Of a DNA stretch of 5,121 nucleotides, positions 3,663 to 5,121 are shown in pieces. This DNA comes from Candidatus Woesearchaeota archaeon (lineage in GTDB: Archaea > Nanobdellota > Nanobdellia > Nanobdellales > Nanobdellaceae). The DNA lies in the NCBI GenBank assembly GCA_964468425.1, contig CAYXSZ010000023.1:1-5121 (forward strand), given 5' to 3'. A model generated the notes under the pieces. It did no database searches. It worked only from the letters and a program-made list of their open reading frames with translations, and was not told where the DNA came from. Within the stretch, counting starts at the first letter, position 1; each line of letters starts with the position of its first letter. The translations under genes and the position numbers were made by a program.

Positions 3663-5121
3663 TTATTTGTGCATCCAGATGAAGAGTTCGTTTTCTCGCT
3701 TGACAAATCCGTATCTAACAAAGTGCACGATCTCTCCATCTTTAACTTCGTTTATGTAACTTTCCCCAATTCCAGAAATAACTCCTTCCGGCTTCCATAC
3801 TTTCACAGATGTTTTATAATCGTTTGGAACCCACTGAACAATCTTAGCTCCTAGTTTTTTAGCAGTTTCCAAGGATGCGTCAATGAAACGCGCGACACAA
3901 TGATCTTCACTCCTTTCCAGAACCTCTATGTTAAATCCCTCCATTAAACGAAGATAACGATTTTTACTATCAGATCTTTCGATATAAACTACGTTGTCCT
4001 TTAGACAAAACTCTCTCTCACCTAAATCAACTTCTGGATGATTCTTAACCTTTAAAGTCATTTTAGGAAGATTTTCTATAATAATTTTTATTGGATTTTC
4101 AATGAAGAAAAACCTCTTCGCTTTATTATTATAAATTTCTCTGTTATATCTGTAAATCTTGTCCCAAGACACTACTATGTCAGAAGCTGTCACTCCAAGT
4201 TCTTCTATGTACTTTTTAATAGCGTTAGGGTGAATGCCTCTTCTTCGAAGCCCACATAGAGTATGAACGAACGGATCGCACCAACCAGATAATTTTCCTT
4301 CTTCAATTAATTTTCGAATTTCTGATTTGTGCGGAACCTTCAAAGCTCCAAAGCTAAGGACAACAGGCTCTTTCCATCCAAAATATTCATAAATATACTT
4401 TTGTTTAATAGTGTTTACTTCGTGCTCCTTCATTCTAAAAATATGAGTGATTCCTAGAAGGTAATCGTCGATTGCACAAGCGAAATTGTATGTGGGCCAG
4501 ACAGTGTATTTCGAACCCGTCCTCGGATGAGGATATTTTTCTGTATCGACGATTCTAAAAGCGATCCAGTCGCGAACGGATGGATTTGGATGATCCATTT
4601 CAGTTTTTATCCTAAGAACAGCTTCTCCTTCGTCAAATTCGCCTTCGAGCATTTTCTCGAAGAGCTCGAGATTTGTTTCAACGGATTGTTCTCTGTGCTC
4701 GCAAGGAATTCCCGTTTTTCTATTCTTACATATTTTTTCAGGTGAGCAAAGATCGACGTACGCATATCCACTTTCAATTAACTTTCTGGCATAATCGTAA
4801 TAAATTTCTAATCTTTCTGATTGAATTACAATTTCATCGGGTTTATCCTGAATCAACCAACAGACATCTTCAACAAACTTTTCATAAGCTTCTGGTAAAG
4901 GTTTCTTTCGTTTAGGATCTGTATCATCAATTCTAAGAATAAACTTTCCCTCATACATTTTAGCGTAGATGTAGTTTATTAAAATTGGTCTGGCGTGTCC
5001 AATGTGTAAATAACCAGTAGGTGCGGGTGCAAAGCGCGTAATTACCTTCCCTTTTTCAGCATTCTTCAATGTAGGAAGTCCTCTCCTTTGCTCCTTGGAT
5101 CTCTCTTCTAAAAGCTCCGGG
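3663..5121 (-). CDS. gltX: Glutamyl-tRNA synthetase, archaeal type (class I), 5'-partial because the N-terminus lies beyond the right edge
   Basis: RFAPAPTGYLHIGHAR (HIGH motif), ILRIDDTDP, NPSVRDW, HPRTG, WPTYNFACAIDD, ITHIFRMKEH, GLRRRGI, and RFFFIENP...IVQW...FVRYGFV. The frame stays open from 5069 to 5120 (PELLEERSKEQRRGLPT), so the ORF-track start at 5069 is a TTG inside the gene. Confidence 0.92.
   Translation of the reverse strand, partial: PELLEERSKEQRRGLPTLKNAEKGKVITRFAPAPTGYLHIGHARPILINYIYAKMYEGKFILRIDDTDPKRKKPLPEAYEKFVEDVCWLIQDKPDEIVIQSERLEIYYDYARKLIESGYAYVDLCSPEKICKNRKTGIPCEHREQSVETNLELFEKMLEGEFDEGEAVLRIKTEMDHPNPSVRDWIAFRIVDTEKYPHPRTGSKYTVWPTYNFACAIDDYLLGITHIFRMKEHEVNTIKQKYIYEYFGWKEPVVLSFGALKVPHKSEIRKLIEEGKLSGWCDPFVHTLCGLRRRGIHPNAIKKYIEELGVTASDIVVSWDKIYRYNREIYNNKAKRFFFIENPIKIIIENLPKMTLKVKNHPEVDLGEREFCLKDNVVYIERSDSKNRYLRLMEGFNIEVLERSEDHCVARFIDASLETAKKLGAKIVQWVPNDYKTSVKVWKPEGVISGIGESYINEVKDGEIVHFVRYGFVKRENELFIWMHK

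Noticed and set aside
2852-4915. Plus-strand ORFs at 2852-3079, 3281-3472, 3547-3759, 3669-3854, 4527-4745 and 4673-4915
   Set aside because: All are antisense shadows of sepF, pfdB or gltX. Their Ser/Phe/Leu-rich sequences come from reading Lys/Glu-rich genes backwards, and none has independent signals.
5067-5069. The ORF-track start codon of GluRS at 5069
   Set aside because: The codon is TTG (Leu internally). The frame remains open to the window edge, and the upstream residues (PELLEERSKEQRRGLPT-L-KNAEKGKV) look like the normal linker preceding the catalytic core. The gene is therefore simply truncated by the window.
1-5121. A scan for CRISPR repeats, IS or transposase ends, integrase genes, toxin-antitoxin pairs or known defence genes
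   Set aside because: I saw no spaced direct repeats, terminal inverted repeats or matching protein motifs. Every ORF over 60 aa is either a conserved housekeeping gene, the ORF1/ORF2 surface module, or a shadow ORF.

Overview
The window is a compact, AT-rich archaeal housekeeping locus with almost no non-coding DNA. The archaeal assignment rests on archaea/eukaryote-specific genes: S19e, L37Ae, RpoP, Pcc1-like, prefoldin beta, archaeal-type SepF and archaeal-type GluRS. Plus strand: an edge-truncated Ig-like-domain protein, translationally coupled to an orphan pilin-like secreted protein (1-1053); tRNA-Lys(UUU); S19e; then a tightly overlapping L37Ae-RpoP-Pcc1-like-ZPR1-type operon. Minus strand: GluRS (N-terminus runs off the right edge), prefoldin beta and SepF. 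The tRNA stems are almost entirely G-C in an AT-rich background, which suggests a (hyper)thermophile. Divergent, shortened proteins and overlapping genes suggest a reduced genome, possibly DPANN/Nanoarchaeota-like or Thermococcales-related, but this cannot be resolved without a database search. The only part I cannot assign to a known family is the two-gene module at 1-1053. It is the best candidate here for an undescribed surface, filament or adhesion system, and it probably continues to the left of the window. I found no CRISPR array, mobile element, rRNA or recognisable defence gene.
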